DNA from: a virus
Lineage: Duplodnaviria; Caudoviricetes
IMG/VR virus record: IMGVR_UViG_3300032269_000201
Coordinates: 1-40,938 of that record
Length of the DNA stretch: 40,938 nt
Reading direction: 5' to 3' (one strand)
Both the position numbers and the translations under genes were made by a program. Under the pieces are notes generated by a model. That model had not been told where the DNA came from. It did not search any database and saw only the letters and a program-made list of their open reading frames with translations. This document shows, piece after piece, positions 15,446 through 25,788 of the stretch; the stretch's first letter is position 1, and each line of letters starts with the position of its first letter.

Positions 15446-18400
15446 TGAGTTGGTTTGACACTCTTGGCAAGATGGCTAAAGGCGTTGCAGACTTTACTGG
15501 AGTTGCAGGGCTTTACCATGACTTGTCTACTGCAATGTCCAATGATGACCCTTGGTATGTTGACAGTTTAAATATAGCCAAAGATATTGGCAAGATTGGT
15601 ACTACACCAGTTCGTGCTGCTGTTAAAGGTGTGCTTGCTGTAGGCGAAAAGTCTTATGAATTAGGTGGCGTTGCACGCCAGGCTCTTGAAAAGGGAATCC
15701 TTGATACTCCCTTTATGTATAACAAGTTTAAAAATGCTGACGAAACTTATGATGCATACAAGATGCGTGTTGAAGCAAACAAAGACAAAATTTCTTTAGG
15801 TCAAGCAACACTTTCATTGCTATCACCTGGCAAAAATAGTGCAGACCGTAGTGGTTTCTTCCAAGACTGGACAGATAATAACTTGCGTTTTATGTCTGCA
15901 GGCTTTGATATTTTTAATGCCGAGGACCGCAAGACTGCTTTCCAAGACCAATACACAGGTAAATTTATATCTGGTATGGATGACTTAGTTGCATCTACAG
16001 TTATTGACCCACTTACATTTACTGGATTTCTTGGTAAAGGTGCGGTAATTGTTGCAAAGGGAACAATGCTTGACCAAGTTAGCGGTCGCATGGCTCGTGC
16101 TGTATTTGGTAAAGTAGCAATGACTGCCGAAAAGGTAGATGAACTTGTTGCTCAAGGTGTTAAAGGTGAAGGCAAGGCTGCTAAAGATTTAGAATTTTTA
16201 GCAAATAGCGATGCTGCTGAACAGGCTGGTTACTGGGCAAAGAAGAAAGTTACCAACCCTGATGCCATGGCATTTCTCTTTGGTCGTGCTAAGACTGTTG
16301 AAGAAGTTGGCGAAGTATTTAGTGCTATCACTGGCAAGAATACAAAGGCTATGGCTGCACTCGCTGAGCGTGACCCAGAAACTGGTTTAGTTCTTGAGAA
16401 ATTTCTTAATGGTCCTTCACACGCAGAACGCCAGTTACTTGATGGAAAATTAGAAGGCGATATTCTTGTATCTGCAGAACATAACAATGCTATTTCTAGT
16501 TATGTATTAGATTTAATTAAAACAGATACTCGTTATGCAATGGCAATGGACAAAGTTGCTACTGGTGGTACTCAACTTAAGTATGGATTTGAGTCTGGGC
16601 TTTCTAAAGGTAAGTCAATTAAGGCTTCACAAAAGCAAGCAGCCCGTACATTTGGTGAGCCAGGAATTGAAACTTTCCAAAAAACTAGCCTTCACCCAAT
16701 TATTAAAGTTGTTAATTACTTCCGCGAAGATTTACCAAGTGGTGTATTTAATGTTAACGATGGTAACTCATTTCAAGAGTTCAACACATTCTTGCGCGAA
16801 GTCAATGACCTATCAGGTAGAACCTTTGGTTCAAAAGGTCGTAAATTAGCAGACAATTATTTAACTGCTGCAAGTGAAGCAGAGCGCATGGATGTTATTA
16901 AAATTGCTGAGCAAACAGCGCTTGGACATTTGTTCCCACAGTATTCAAAAGATGAGATTGATAAACTATATGCATTGTTTGACTCTCGCCGCGCTACTGC
17001 AATTGCAAAGCACAAAGACCAAGGATTTATTTCTTACTTTGTAGGCGATACTATTCAGCACGCTGTTGCTCCAATTCTTAATCGTGAAGCAGCCAACACA
17101 GTTATTATTGCTGACATGCGTAAACTCAAGTACGCAATTGATGCACATGAAGGTTCTCTTAAGACATTACTTTCAGGGATTGACACACAAGATTTAGCGT
17201 TGCGTGGACAAAAGGGACTTGCTGCCCTTGACACAGTTAACGACATCTTTAAGACATCTGTATTGATGCGCCTTGGCTACACAGTTCGTAACTTAACTGA
17301 GGCTCAACTATCTATGGCTGCTAAGGGATTTGCCCTACCAGGTATGTTCCTAGCCAACGGTAAAGAAGGAGCAGTACGCTTCTTTAATAACCGTAAGACA
17401 GGTTTCTCACGCTTAGGTGACCACATCAATGTGTTGCTTGGTCGTGCCGATGATTCAAATGTTTTGAAAGATGAAGTTGGTCGTTATGTAGATGCACTTC
17501 GTAACGATGACATGACATCTCAGCAGATGGTCAAGCACATTAACCAACGCCTCGGTGAGTTGCTTGATAACCGTAAAGGTTTCATTGACCGTCAAGGTCC
17601 AATGCCTGAAAAGGGTGGACAACCACTTCGCGTTGAAAATGAAGTCAGACTTCTTATGGGTGCGTTAGCAGATTTAGAATCAAAAGTTACCTACCATGGT
17701 TCTCCAACTAGATTCCAAATTGATGAGTCACGCCCAATTTCAACCTCTGGCGTTAAGTCAGTTGCTGACCGCTACTCTCAGGGTGGTATGATTGCCTCAA
17801 TAGAGCAATACATCCCAACTAAGACTGGTAAGCCTGGTCGTTTAGGCGCAAAGCCAACTCCAGAAGGGGAAACGCTACCTACTGAAAAGCGTGCTGATGT
17901 TCTTAACGAAGCCATGCTTAAACTCCAGTCAGATATGATTGATGCTGTTAACGCTGGCAAGAAAGTTGAAATTAAAAAGGGTGCCACATGGCAGCGTGTC
18001 AAGGCTATTGATTACGAAACACTTGTACTTGCCCTTGAAAATGATGAGTTTGAAACAGTGCTGTTTAAAGACTGGACATATCGCCCAGTATTCCGCGTTG
18101 GTTACAACGAAGGTAAAACAGCACAGATTCGTTCTTACGGTAAAACATTAACTCTTACCAAGAAAGCAGAAAAAGAATTTGCGCCAACTACAAAACCTGG
18201 TGAAGATTTAACTCCAGGAGAAATTGTTGGTTCATGGCGTAACCTGCCAGAAGAACTTAAGACAGAAGTATTTGCTGGCAAGGTATCTAATTTTAATACA
18301 TGGCTTAAGACAAAAGGCTGGCAAAATAAGGAAGATGCTGTTACCCGTTGGGCTACAGACAATGGTTATGGCAGCCTACTTGTTTCAGATGACAAGCGTG

Positions 18401-21261
18401 CTGCTGGCTTAAGTCACATCATTCTTCCTGGCTCTATTGGTTCTAAGGGTCGTGAGGCACAAGTTGCCCGTTATGTAAAGTCACTTGAAAAAGGTGCTTT
18501 ACCTCAGGCTATGGCAGATGTTGCTGTTGATTTTGAAGCAGCCAACATGACTCCAAAGGAACGCCGTCTAGCAAGCCGTGCTTCACGCAAGCGTGCACGC
18601 TCAGGTATCAGAGATAACGCTGTATCGCCTTACTACCTACAAGATGGTTTACAGGCAATGATTAACAACGGTATTGAAGATGCTGCTGCAAACATTGCTC
18701 GCAGCAAGGCTGAATCTCTTTCTGCCCTTGATGATGCTGTCACTCGCCTTGGTGCTCGTATTGATGTAGCAGAATCAAATGCTGTTAAGCAGCGTATTGG
18801 TTATGGATACCATCAAGTTACCGCTGGTGGACATACATACGAACTGCCTAAGGCGTACCAAGATGCAACATGGTTTATGGGTCGCACATCTGCTGAACAG
18901 ACTTGGAACAACCAAGTATCTAACCAAGAGATGGCTTTCCTTACAGGCATTGGTTCTCGCAGCGTACGCTTAGTTGAGCCAACAGACCCACGCTATTTTG
19001 AAGGCTGGGCAAACATTCTTAACATGCACTTCCGTGACCCTGAGACAGGTGTTATGGATGCTGTTGTTCGTCAAATTCTTGATAAGAAATCTGATGATGA
19101 CATTCTTAAGTGGTTTCACACTCGTGAGGGACAGCGTTACGCTAACGAAACATACACTCAGCCTGGCAAGTATTTTAATTTTCACAAAGTATCAAGCGGT
19201 GAGATGGATGAAAAGTTAATTGAAAAGTTAGGCGTTACTCGTGGCGCTGTAAAGGCTTACATACCTGACGGTGAAACAGAGATGATTCTTAGCGCGGCTA
19301 AACCAGATGGCAAGCCATTAACAGGTGGAGAAGTACAGAAGTTTTTAACAGAACGCTTTTCAGCACAGCCTGAAAAATTACAACCACTTAACGGTTTGCT
19401 TGTTGTTACCTCTAAAGAATACAAAGACCAAGAGCGCATCATTGATACTGTTAACCGCCGTGTTATGCGTTTCCTTGGTTCACTTCCAGAAGATGTATTT
19501 GCTCGTCATCCACTGGCAGCAGCAATGTATGACAAACAACTTAAACTTAACATTGATGCTATTGCTCGTGTTAAGGGTGAAGAAAAACTTACTGCTAATG
19601 AACTTACTCGCGCTGTAACCCACGCTCGTGAAACATCACGCCAAGAAGTTGAAAAGACTTTGTTTACAATTGTTCGCCGTAGTGGTGCATCTTCAAGCCG
19701 TGTGGTTAAACTACTCTTTCCATTTTACGCAGCCTATGAAAATACGCTACGCCGTTGGGGTGGCATGGCTTTAGAGGACCCGTCACTAATTGCTACCGCT
19801 GGTCGTACAGTGGCACAGGTTGTACATGGTCAGACTATTGTTGACCAAGATGGTAACCGCATTACAGATGCAACTAAGTTACAAGGTGGTCAAATGGCTA
19901 ATCTTGTAGTACAAGTACCTCAAGGATTTATTGACAAACTACCTAAAGAATGGCGTGGAATTGTACAAGATTCATTTAAGAATCTAAACATTCCACTATC
20001 AAGCCTTGATGTTATTACGCAGGGTCAACCTGGTAACCCAGGACTTGGACCATTTGCAGTTCTTCCAGCGTACTTAATACTTAAAGAACGACCAGAATTA
20101 GAAGATGCCCTTAAGGTATTTTTTCCAGCAGGCATGCCACAAAAAGCATCTGACTTATTTTTACCATCAGCGTTACGCCGTTTAAGTACAGTGTGGAACA
20201 AAGATGATTTGTATGTTCGTTCATATAATCAAATGCTTCGGTATGAGACTTACAGATATAACCAAGGTAAGCGTGATACTTCACCAACAGTTCAAGAAAT
20301 AACAGATAGAACTAACAAGTTCTTTTTTCTTCGCGCTTTAAACTCTATTGTCCTGCCGTTTGCAGTGGCTCCTGAGGTTGACTTCTATGCTCAAACATAC
20401 CGTCAGTTCCAACAGCAATACGCTGACTACCGTGACCCACAAACTGGCAAGCGCGTAATGGGAATGGCAGAGGCTAAGTTCCTTGAGATGTACCCAGATT
20501 TCTTTGAGGCAACTATTAGCCAATCAAAGAATGAAGGCGGGTTAGAACCTAGCCTTGGCACAGTGCGTAACCTTCGTAAGTTTTCTAACTTAATGGCTGA
20601 GGCTCAGAGTTCAGGTGACCCAGAACTTCTAGGCTTCCTTGCCAACGATGGTGACAATCAGTACACATTTTCACAGGCTGCATACCAATGGCAGTACAAG
20701 CATGGTGCAACCCCTGGCAGCGGTAGCACATACCGTCAAAATCGTACAGCCAAAGAACTTCTTATTGAGTCTAATGTCAAGCGTGGTTGGACAGATTACC
20801 AAGATTTAATGGGACAGATTAGTGCATACCAAAAGCAAAATGGTATTACTGATGCTAATGACCCAAACATGGCAGTTATTAAAGAAGCAAAAGCAGCATG
20901 GCTAGACCAAATGAAAACTGAAAACCTTGATTGGTACTCAGCCTATGTATCGCCTGATAAAGCAAAATACGAACGCCGAGCAAAGTTACTTGAAACAGCC
21001 TTCAAAGATAAAAAATGGATGGCTCAAAATGGTGACCGTGCTGTAGTTAAGCAAGCACTTGTTTACCTAGACGGTCGCAAACAAATTGCTGCAATCTTAA
21101 ATGAACGAGATGCTGCTGGTGGTTCAGCAACACTAAATGCTAAAAGCAATGCAGATGTTGCTGCGGTATACCAAATGTTTGTAGATGAACTAACCAATGG
21201 TAGCCCAGAGTTTGAACAATTTATTAACCGTTACTTCGCAAATGATTCGGTGGTGCTCTAA
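15445..21261 (+). CDS. Large internal virion (ejection) protein with a putative ADP-ribosyltransferase-like domain
   Basis: 1938 aa, helical, podovirus-type context; YHGS...STS....A..Y...GYG motifs at about 17686-18440. Confidence 0.7.
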   Translation: MSWFDTLGKMAKGVADFTGVAGLYHDLSTAMSNDDPWYVDSLNIAKDIGKIGTTPVRAAVKGVLAVGEKSYELGGVARQALEKGILDTPFMYNKFKNADETYDAYKMRVEANKDKISLGQATLSLLSPGKNSADRSGFFQDWTDNNLRFMSAGFDIFNAEDRKTAFQDQYTGKFISGMDDLVASTVIDPLTFTGFLGKGAVIVAKGTMLDQVSGRMARAVFGKVAMTAEKVDELVAQGVKGEGKAAKDLEFLANSDAAEQAGYWAKKKVTNPDAMAFLFGRAKTVEEVGEVFSAITGKNTKAMAALAERDPETGLVLEKFLNGPSHAERQLLDGKLEGDILVSAEHNNAISSYVLDLIKTDTRYAMAMDKVATGGTQLKYGFESGLSKGKSIKASQKQAARTFGEPGIETFQKTSLHPIIKVVNYFREDLPSGVFNVNDGNSFQEFNTFLREVNDLSGRTFGSKGRKLADNYLTAASEAERMDVIKIAEQTALGHLFPQYSKDEIDKLYALFDSRRATAIAKHKDQGFISYFVGDTIQHAVAPILNREAANTVIIADMRKLKYAIDAHEGSLKTLLSGIDTQDLALRGQKGLAALDTVNDIFKTSVLMRLGYTVRNLTEAQLSMAAKGFALPGMFLANGKEGAVRFFNNRKTGFSRLGDHINVLLGRADDSNVLKDEVGRYVDALRNDDMTSQQMVKHINQRLGELLDNRKGFIDRQGPMPEKGGQPLRVENEVRLLMGALADLESKVTYHGSPTRFQIDESRPISTSGVKSVADRYSQGGMIASIEQYIPTKTGKPGRLGAKPTPEGETLPTEKRADVLNEAMLKLQSDMIDAVNAGKKVEIKKGATWQRVKAIDYETLVLALENDEFETVLFKDWTYRPVFRVGYNEGKTAQIRSYGKTLTLTKKAEKEFAPTTKPGEDLTPGEIVGSWRNLPEELKTEVFAGKVSNFNTWLKTKGWQNKEDAVTRWATDNGYGSLLVSDDKRAAGLSHIILPGSIGSKGREAQVARYVKSLEKGALPQAMADVAVDFEAANMTPKERRLASRASRKRARSGIRDNAVSPYYLQDGLQAMINNGIEDAAANIARSKAESLSALDDAVTRLGARIDVAESNAVKQRIGYGYHQVTAGGHTYELPKAYQDATWFMGRTSAEQTWNNQVSNQEMAFLTGIGSRSVRLVEPTDPRYFEGWANILNMHFRDPETGVMDAVVRQILDKKSDDDILKWFHTREGQRYANETYTQPGKYFNFHKVSSGEMDEKLIEKLGVTRGAVKAYIPDGETEMILSAAKPDGKPLTGGEVQKFLTERFSAQPEKLQPLNGLLVVTSKEYKDQERIIDTVNRRVMRFLGSLPEDVFARHPLAAAMYDKQLKLNIDAIARVKGEEKLTANELTRAVTHARETSRQEVEKTLFTIVRRSGASSSRVVKLLFPFYAAYENTLRRWGGMALEDPSLIATAGRTVAQVVHGQTIVDQDGNRITDATKLQGGQMANLVVQVPQGFIDKLPKEWRGIVQDSFKNLNIPLSSLDVITQGQPGNPGLGPFAVLPAYLILKERPELEDALKVFFPAGMPQKASDLFLPSALRRLSTVWNKDDLYVRSYNQMLRYETYRYNQGKRDTSPTVQEITDRTNKFFFLRALNSIVLPFAVAPEVDFYAQTYRQFQQQYADYRDPQTGKRVMGMAEAKFLEMYPDFFEATISQSKNEGGLEPSLGTVRNLRKFSNLMAEAQSSGDPELLGFLANDGDNQYTFSQAAYQWQYKHGATPGSGSTYRQNRTAKELLIESNVKRGWTDYQDLMGQISAYQKQNGITDANDPNMAVIKEAKAAWLDQMKTENLDWYSAYVSPDKAKYERRAKLLETAFKDKKWMAQNGDRAVVKQALVYLDGRKQIAAILNERDAAGGSATLNAKSNADVAAVYQMFVDELTNGSPEFEQFINRYFANDSVVL

Positions 21262-21262
21262 T

Positions 21263-21604
21263 ATGGCAGTTGACTTAGCAAAGATAATTGCAGCAGTTAA
21301 GGCTAATGGTGGTGGAACAACCACTGGCTCTACTGGTCCAGTCTTTACCAAGCAAGAAGCAGATTATGCAGTTCAATCTGTATACCAGCAACTACTTGGT
21401 CGCAATGCCACAGGTAACGATTACTCAAAAGCAATCAAATTAATCATGGGGCAGTCACAGGATACAAGCACCGCTGCTCGTCAGCAGGCTCTTACCAACT
21501 CACTTATGCAGTCACCTGAGTACAAAATAAAGCAAGACAATAAGTATCTTGATGTTATTTATCAGGCAGTTTCAGCCGATGTTAGAAAGGCGCAGGTTCA
21601 GTAA
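21263..21604 (+). CDS. Putative internal virion protein
   Basis: VYQQLLGRNAT...L.QSPEY helical unit; ATG 21263 follows the upstream stop. Confidence 0.7.
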   Translation: MAVDLAKIIAAVKANGGGTTTGSTGPVFTKQEADYAVQSVYQQLLGRNATGNDYSKAIKLIMGQSQDTSTAARQQALTNSLMQSPEYKIKQDNKYLDVIYQAVSADVRKAQVQ

Positions 21605-23061
21605 TGGTTACCCAATATAACTACACCCCGCCTCAGAGCAATGCTGATAAGTTAAAGCAAGCCTACATTGCTCAAGCACAATGGAAAAAGATGCTTGACA
21701 GTGCCAAGGTTGGCTCAGCAGACTACAACAAGGCTCTTAAGCAATACAAAGCCTTAAGCGCATCAATTAAGACTTTACAAGAAGCAATTAATGCTGAAAT
21801 TGGTAAGACCAAAGCAACTGCAGATAAGTCTGCTCGTCAAAAGTTAGTTGATAAATTAACTCGTGCTACAGACTCAGGAACCGCTGCTGAAATTAAAGCA
21901 GCCAAAGATGCTCTTAATAAATTTGATGGTAAAACAACAACAACTACCACAACAGCAACTACAACTAGTGCAACTACCTCAACAGTTGTAGATAAAAACA
22001 AAAATGGTATCCCAGATAATGTTGAATCAGCAGATGCTAAAGCCAAAGCAGATGCTAAAGTTAAAGCAGATGCTGCAAAAGCAGCAGCAGACAAAGCAGC
22101 AGCAGACAAAGCAGCAGCAGAAAAGTTAATTGCTGACAAGGCAGTTGCTGATAAAGAACTTGCTCTTAAGACAATGTATGTAGATTACCTGCGTACAACA
22201 TTTGCTGGACTTGAAGATAAAACCCAGAAGGCTCAGATTGATGGTTTGTTTGACAAAGCATCTAAAGAAGGTTGGACTGCAGAACAATTCCAGATGCAAC
22301 TTGAAGGCACTGATTGGTGGCAACAAACGCTACCTAGCCTACGCTCATGGTATTTAGATACACATGACCCACGCAAGCGGTCAACAACTGTTGAGTTAAT
22401 CCGTAACAAGGTTGCCTCCGTGTCTAGTTACCTAGAACAATTGGGTATCACACCACAAGGCATTGACCCTATTACTGGCAAGGCTTTTGATAAGACTGGC
22501 TATGTCAGCGGTATTGCACAAGAAGCCGTTAAGAATGGTTGGAACGATAACCAACTTAGAGATTACCTTGCTACTCAAGCAGCCATTGTGTTTACTGGCG
22601 GCGGTGAGATTGGTAGTTCACTATCTAAGATTCGTGACACTGCCTACGCATACGGTGTAAACCTTGACCCTACTTATGAAAAAATGATTAACAACTCTTT
22701 GCTTGACTCCAGCGATGGTCGTGATGCACAGTATTACATTGCTGAAATGCGCCGTCAGGCTATTGAAAATCCTAATAACAAAGCATTTTCTGAGGCACTT
22801 AACTCTGGTCGTACGCTGTATGAGGCTACTCGTTCATACCGTGGGCAGATGGCTGGTCTACTTGAGGTAGATGAAAGCAATATTTCTTGGAATGATTTAA
22901 TGAAAAAAGCAATTGATAGCACTACAGGTGCTGCTCGTACATTTGCTGACTTCACTAAAGAAGTTAAGGGCGACCCACTATGGCAGCAGACTCGCAACGC
23001 AAAAGAAACATACAGTTCTAAAGCGCTTGACTTGGCTAAGATGTTTGGATTGGTGGGATAG
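21604..23061 (+). CDS. Putative internal virion protein with poly-Thr and AADKA repeats
   Basis: Coupled ORF with a low-complexity linker at about 21934-22155. Confidence 0.7.
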   Translation: MVTQYNYTPPQSNADKLKQAYIAQAQWKKMLDSAKVGSADYNKALKQYKALSASIKTLQEAINAEIGKTKATADKSARQKLVDKLTRATDSGTAAEIKAAKDALNKFDGKTTTTTTTATTTSATTSTVVDKNKNGIPDNVESADAKAKADAKVKADAAKAAADKAAADKAAAEKLIADKAVADKELALKTMYVDYLRTTFAGLEDKTQKAQIDGLFDKASKEGWTAEQFQMQLEGTDWWQQTLPSLRSWYLDTHDPRKRSTTVELIRNKVASVSSYLEQLGITPQGIDPITGKAFDKTGYVSGIAQEAVKNGWNDNQLRDYLATQAAIVFTGGGEIGSSLSKIRDTAYAYGVNLDPTYEKMINNSLLDSSDGRDAQYYIAEMRRQAIENPNNKAFSEALNSGRTLYEATRSYRGQMAGLLEVDESNISWNDLMKKAIDSTTGAARTFADFTKEVKGDPLWQQTRNAKETYSSKALDLAKMFGLVG

Positions 23062-25172
23062 TGGCAAGATACGATAGAGATACAATTGACGATGGTTCTT
23101 TTATGCCATCACTTGCTGCGCTAGATGTTATTGTTAGCACATCAAAAACTACGCCAATTGTAGATGAACAAACAAAAATTGCAGGGGCAAAGGCTGCTAT
23201 AGCAGCAGCAGAGTCTGTTGGTATTCCTACTAAAGTAACAGTTCCTCAGGCAGCAGTTCCAATTATTAACGAGACTCCAGTAGGCAAAGATTCCGTAACA
23301 ACACCTGTAACTACGGCTGCTGTAACTACTGCCCCCGTTACGACTACACCTGTAACTACAACACCAGTGACAACTACACCTGTAACAACTACTCCTGTTA
23401 CCACTACTCCAGTAACTACAACTCCTGTAACAACAACTCCAGTAACTACTACACCAGTTACCACAACACCTGTTGTTACTAAACCAGACCCAACTAAAAC
23501 TTCTTACGCTGACCTAACTCCAGAACAGCGTGCTGCTATGACTCAAAATGAAAAACTGGATTATATCCAGGCCGCTCGTGATGCAAAATTTGAAGCAGAG
23601 GCTGTCACTCGTGGAGCAGACAACCCAATGTTAAATTATTTTGTTCGCCCTGCTGCTCCTCAAGTTCCAGGAATGATTCAGTATTACTCCTGGATTGGTG
23701 GCAGAACAACTGGTGAATGGAGACTTTATTCTGCATCTGATACACCCGAAAACCAAGAAAAATATGGCGGGCGCGTATTTGCTGGTCAAACACAAGCAAC
23801 TGCACAATCAATAGTTGGTGCTAACTCACTTGTTACACAACCAAAATGGAACCCAGTTACGGGAAAATACGAAGCACCAGGGGCTACTTCATCTACCTCA
23901 AGCACTACCTCATCTACCTCAAGCACTACCTCATCTACTTCAAGCACTACCTCATCTACATCTGCCACCAATAATGATTATACAACTGTCAATGGCGTAC
24001 TCATGTACAAAGGTGGTCGCTTTACTGGTACCTATAATGGTCAAGAATATGTTGATGGTGTTGTTAAACAAGTTATTGCTAATCCTGCTGATTACAGCAC
24101 AGTTAACGGCGTACTTATGTACAAAGGTTCTGCATATACTGGTGATTACCAAGGCAAGAAATATGTTGGCGGTAAAGTTGTTACTTCCGAAGGCACAGGT
24201 TTAAATTACTCTGGAAGCGGAACAACCCTTGACCCGTTTATGGAAGACGGCAAACCATTTACTGGAAGTAAGTTTGGTTCAACCTATGAAAACGGCGTTA
24301 TTGTTGACATGGTTCAAAAGACTGCAGATGATATTGCTAAGCAAGGCAGACTTGATGCCCGTATAGAATTTGGTAATACTCTTAAAGCACTTGGTCTACC
24401 TCAAGATTTAATTGATGAGATAGATACAATGATTAAACAAGATTACACAAATTCTCAGATGTATTTAGAACTACAAAAGACTCAGGCTTGGAAGAATCGC
24501 TTTCCTGGTATGGCTGCTCTTTCTGCTGCTGGTAAAGCAGTAGATGCTGGTACATATATCAGTATGGAAAAAGGTTTTTTGCAAACACTTGATTATTATG
24601 GTTTGGATAAAAATTTATTTGGAACTACTGCTGAACTTGGCAAACAAATTAGCAATTTAGTATCACCTAAACGATTTGAAACTGTAGTTGCTTTGGCTGC
24701 TCAAGATGTTGAACAGAATCCAGATGTCCTTGCTGAACTTAATCTTTATTACGGTGTGGATAAGTCAGCAGCAATTGCTTACCTACTTAACCCAACTATT
24801 GGTCTTGACATTATCCAACGCCAAGCACGGGCTGCAGAAATTGGTGCTAAAGCAGGCAAGTCTAAGTTTGACTTTGGTGTATCAAAAGAAGGCTACGGTG
24901 TTGCTGAATCATTCATTAACGCTGCAGGAACTATGGATTTGCAATCACTTGATGTGGCTTTCCAAGAAGCGCGTGGACTTGCTGATACACAATCTAACAT
25001 TGCTGCTACCGAAGGTGCGGCATATAACGACCTTACTGCAGTGTCGGCAATCTTAGGTAAAAACCAAGCAGCAATTCTTGATAGCCAACGCCGTGCAGCA
25101 CGAAGCGTAGCAAAGTTTAGTGGTGGTTCAGGCTTAGGCACTGGCTCACTTAAGGCAGAAAGCACCATATAA
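23061..25172 (+). CDS. Putative virion protein with PVTTT and SSTSSTT repeats
   Basis: 703-aa ORF, GTG start; helical C-terminal domain. Confidence 0.7.
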   Translation: MARYDRDTIDDGSFMPSLAALDVIVSTSKTTPIVDEQTKIAGAKAAIAAAESVGIPTKVTVPQAAVPIINETPVGKDSVTTPVTTAAVTTAPVTTTPVTTTPVTTTPVTTTPVTTTPVTTTPVTTTPVTTTPVTTTPVVTKPDPTKTSYADLTPEQRAAMTQNEKLDYIQAARDAKFEAEAVTRGADNPMLNYFVRPAAPQVPGMIQYYSWIGGRTTGEWRLYSASDTPENQEKYGGRVFAGQTQATAQSIVGANSLVTQPKWNPVTGKYEAPGATSSTSSTTSSTSSTTSSTSSTTSSTSATNNDYTTVNGVLMYKGGRFTGTYNGQEYVDGVVKQVIANPADYSTVNGVLMYKGSAYTGDYQGKKYVGGKVVTSEGTGLNYSGSGTTLDPFMEDGKPFTGSKFGSTYENGVIVDMVQKTADDIAKQGRLDARIEFGNTLKALGLPQDLIDEIDTMIKQDYTNSQMYLELQKTQAWKNRFPGMAALSAAGKAVDAGTYISMEKGFLQTLDYYGLDKNLFGTTAELGKQISNLVSPKRFETVVALAAQDVEQNPDVLAELNLYYGVDKSAAIAYLLNPTIGLDIIQRQARAAEIGAKAGKSKFDFGVSKEGYGVAESFINAAGTMDLQSLDVAFQEARGLADTQSNIAATEGAAYNDLTAVSAILGKNQAAILDSQRRAARSVAKFSGGSGLGTGSLKAESTI
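23294..23480 (+). repeat. 15-bp coding tandem repeat, (PVTTT)n
   Basis: About 12 synonymously diverged units. Confidence 0.95.
23885..23961 (+). repeat. 21-bp coding tandem repeat, (SSTSSTT)n
   Basis: About 3.5 near-identical units. Confidence 0.9.
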
Positions 25173-25178
25173 AAGAAT

Positions 25179-25265
25179 CCCCACCCTGATTGACCAGCCC
25201 AGGGGGGCGTATAAGACTGGTAGCAATAGCCAATTAGGTTTCCCCGAACCTTCTTGCGGATTGCG
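25179..25265 (+). ncRNA. Predicted structured leader upstream of the scaffold gene (pseudoknot plus long hairpin)
   Basis: CCC(A)CCCUG/CAGGGGGG; loop ACCAG pairs with CUGGU at 25217; GCAAU/AUUGC encloses a GGUU/AACC hairpin. Confidence 0.55.
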
Positions 25266-25293
25266 AACACAACTAACAAAGGGAGATAGGTAG

Positions 25294-25761
25294 ATGGCTA
25301 CCAATTACGAATACGATGACGAAGATGATGACTTTGGCAATGAGCCACAGGATGTTGTCAAGCAACTACGCAAGGTAAATCGCACGCTAGAAAAGCGTTT
25401 GAAAGAACTTGAGACAGAAGCCTCAACATTAAAAACTCAAACTCGTCAGCGTACTGTCAAGGATGTTCTATCAGCAAAGGGAATTAACCCAAAAGTCGCA
25501 GCATTTATCCCACAGGATATTGATACTACAGAAGAAGCCGTGTCTGCATGGCTTACTGAGTATGGCGATGTATTCGGAGTGCAACAGACACCAGAGGAAA
25601 CTCAGGCTAAGACTGCTACTACAGATGCACAGCGCAGAATCCAAGATGTGATGCAATCAGGAACTCCGCCTCAGGTGGATGAAGATTCGCTTGCAAGGAT
25701 TTTAAATGCTACATCGGCTGCTGATTTGAGTGCCATCCTTGGCGTTCAGACTTACAACTAA
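25294..25761 (+). CDS. Capsid scaffolding protein
   Basis: Acidic N-terminus, coiled coil, immediately upstream of the capsid gene. Confidence 0.8.
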   Translation: MATNYEYDDEDDDFGNEPQDVVKQLRKVNRTLEKRLKELETEASTLKTQTRQRTVKDVLSAKGINPKVAAFIPQDIDTTEEAVSAWLTEYGDVFGVQQTPEETQAKTATTDAQRRIQDVMQSGTPPQVDEDSLARILNATSAADLSAILGVQTYN

Positions 25762-25788
25762 AACTACCAATCACCAGGAGGTGAACCC

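Noticed and set aside
15445-21261. Tape measure protein or virion RNA polymerase
   Set aside because: No tail tube or chaperone genes nearby and no recognisable RNAP catalytic motifs; internal virion protein fits better
25184-25267. Hammerhead or HDV-like ribozyme
   Set aside because: CUGAUUGA does not fit the CUGANGA core, there is no GAAA partner, and the helix order is not HDV-like
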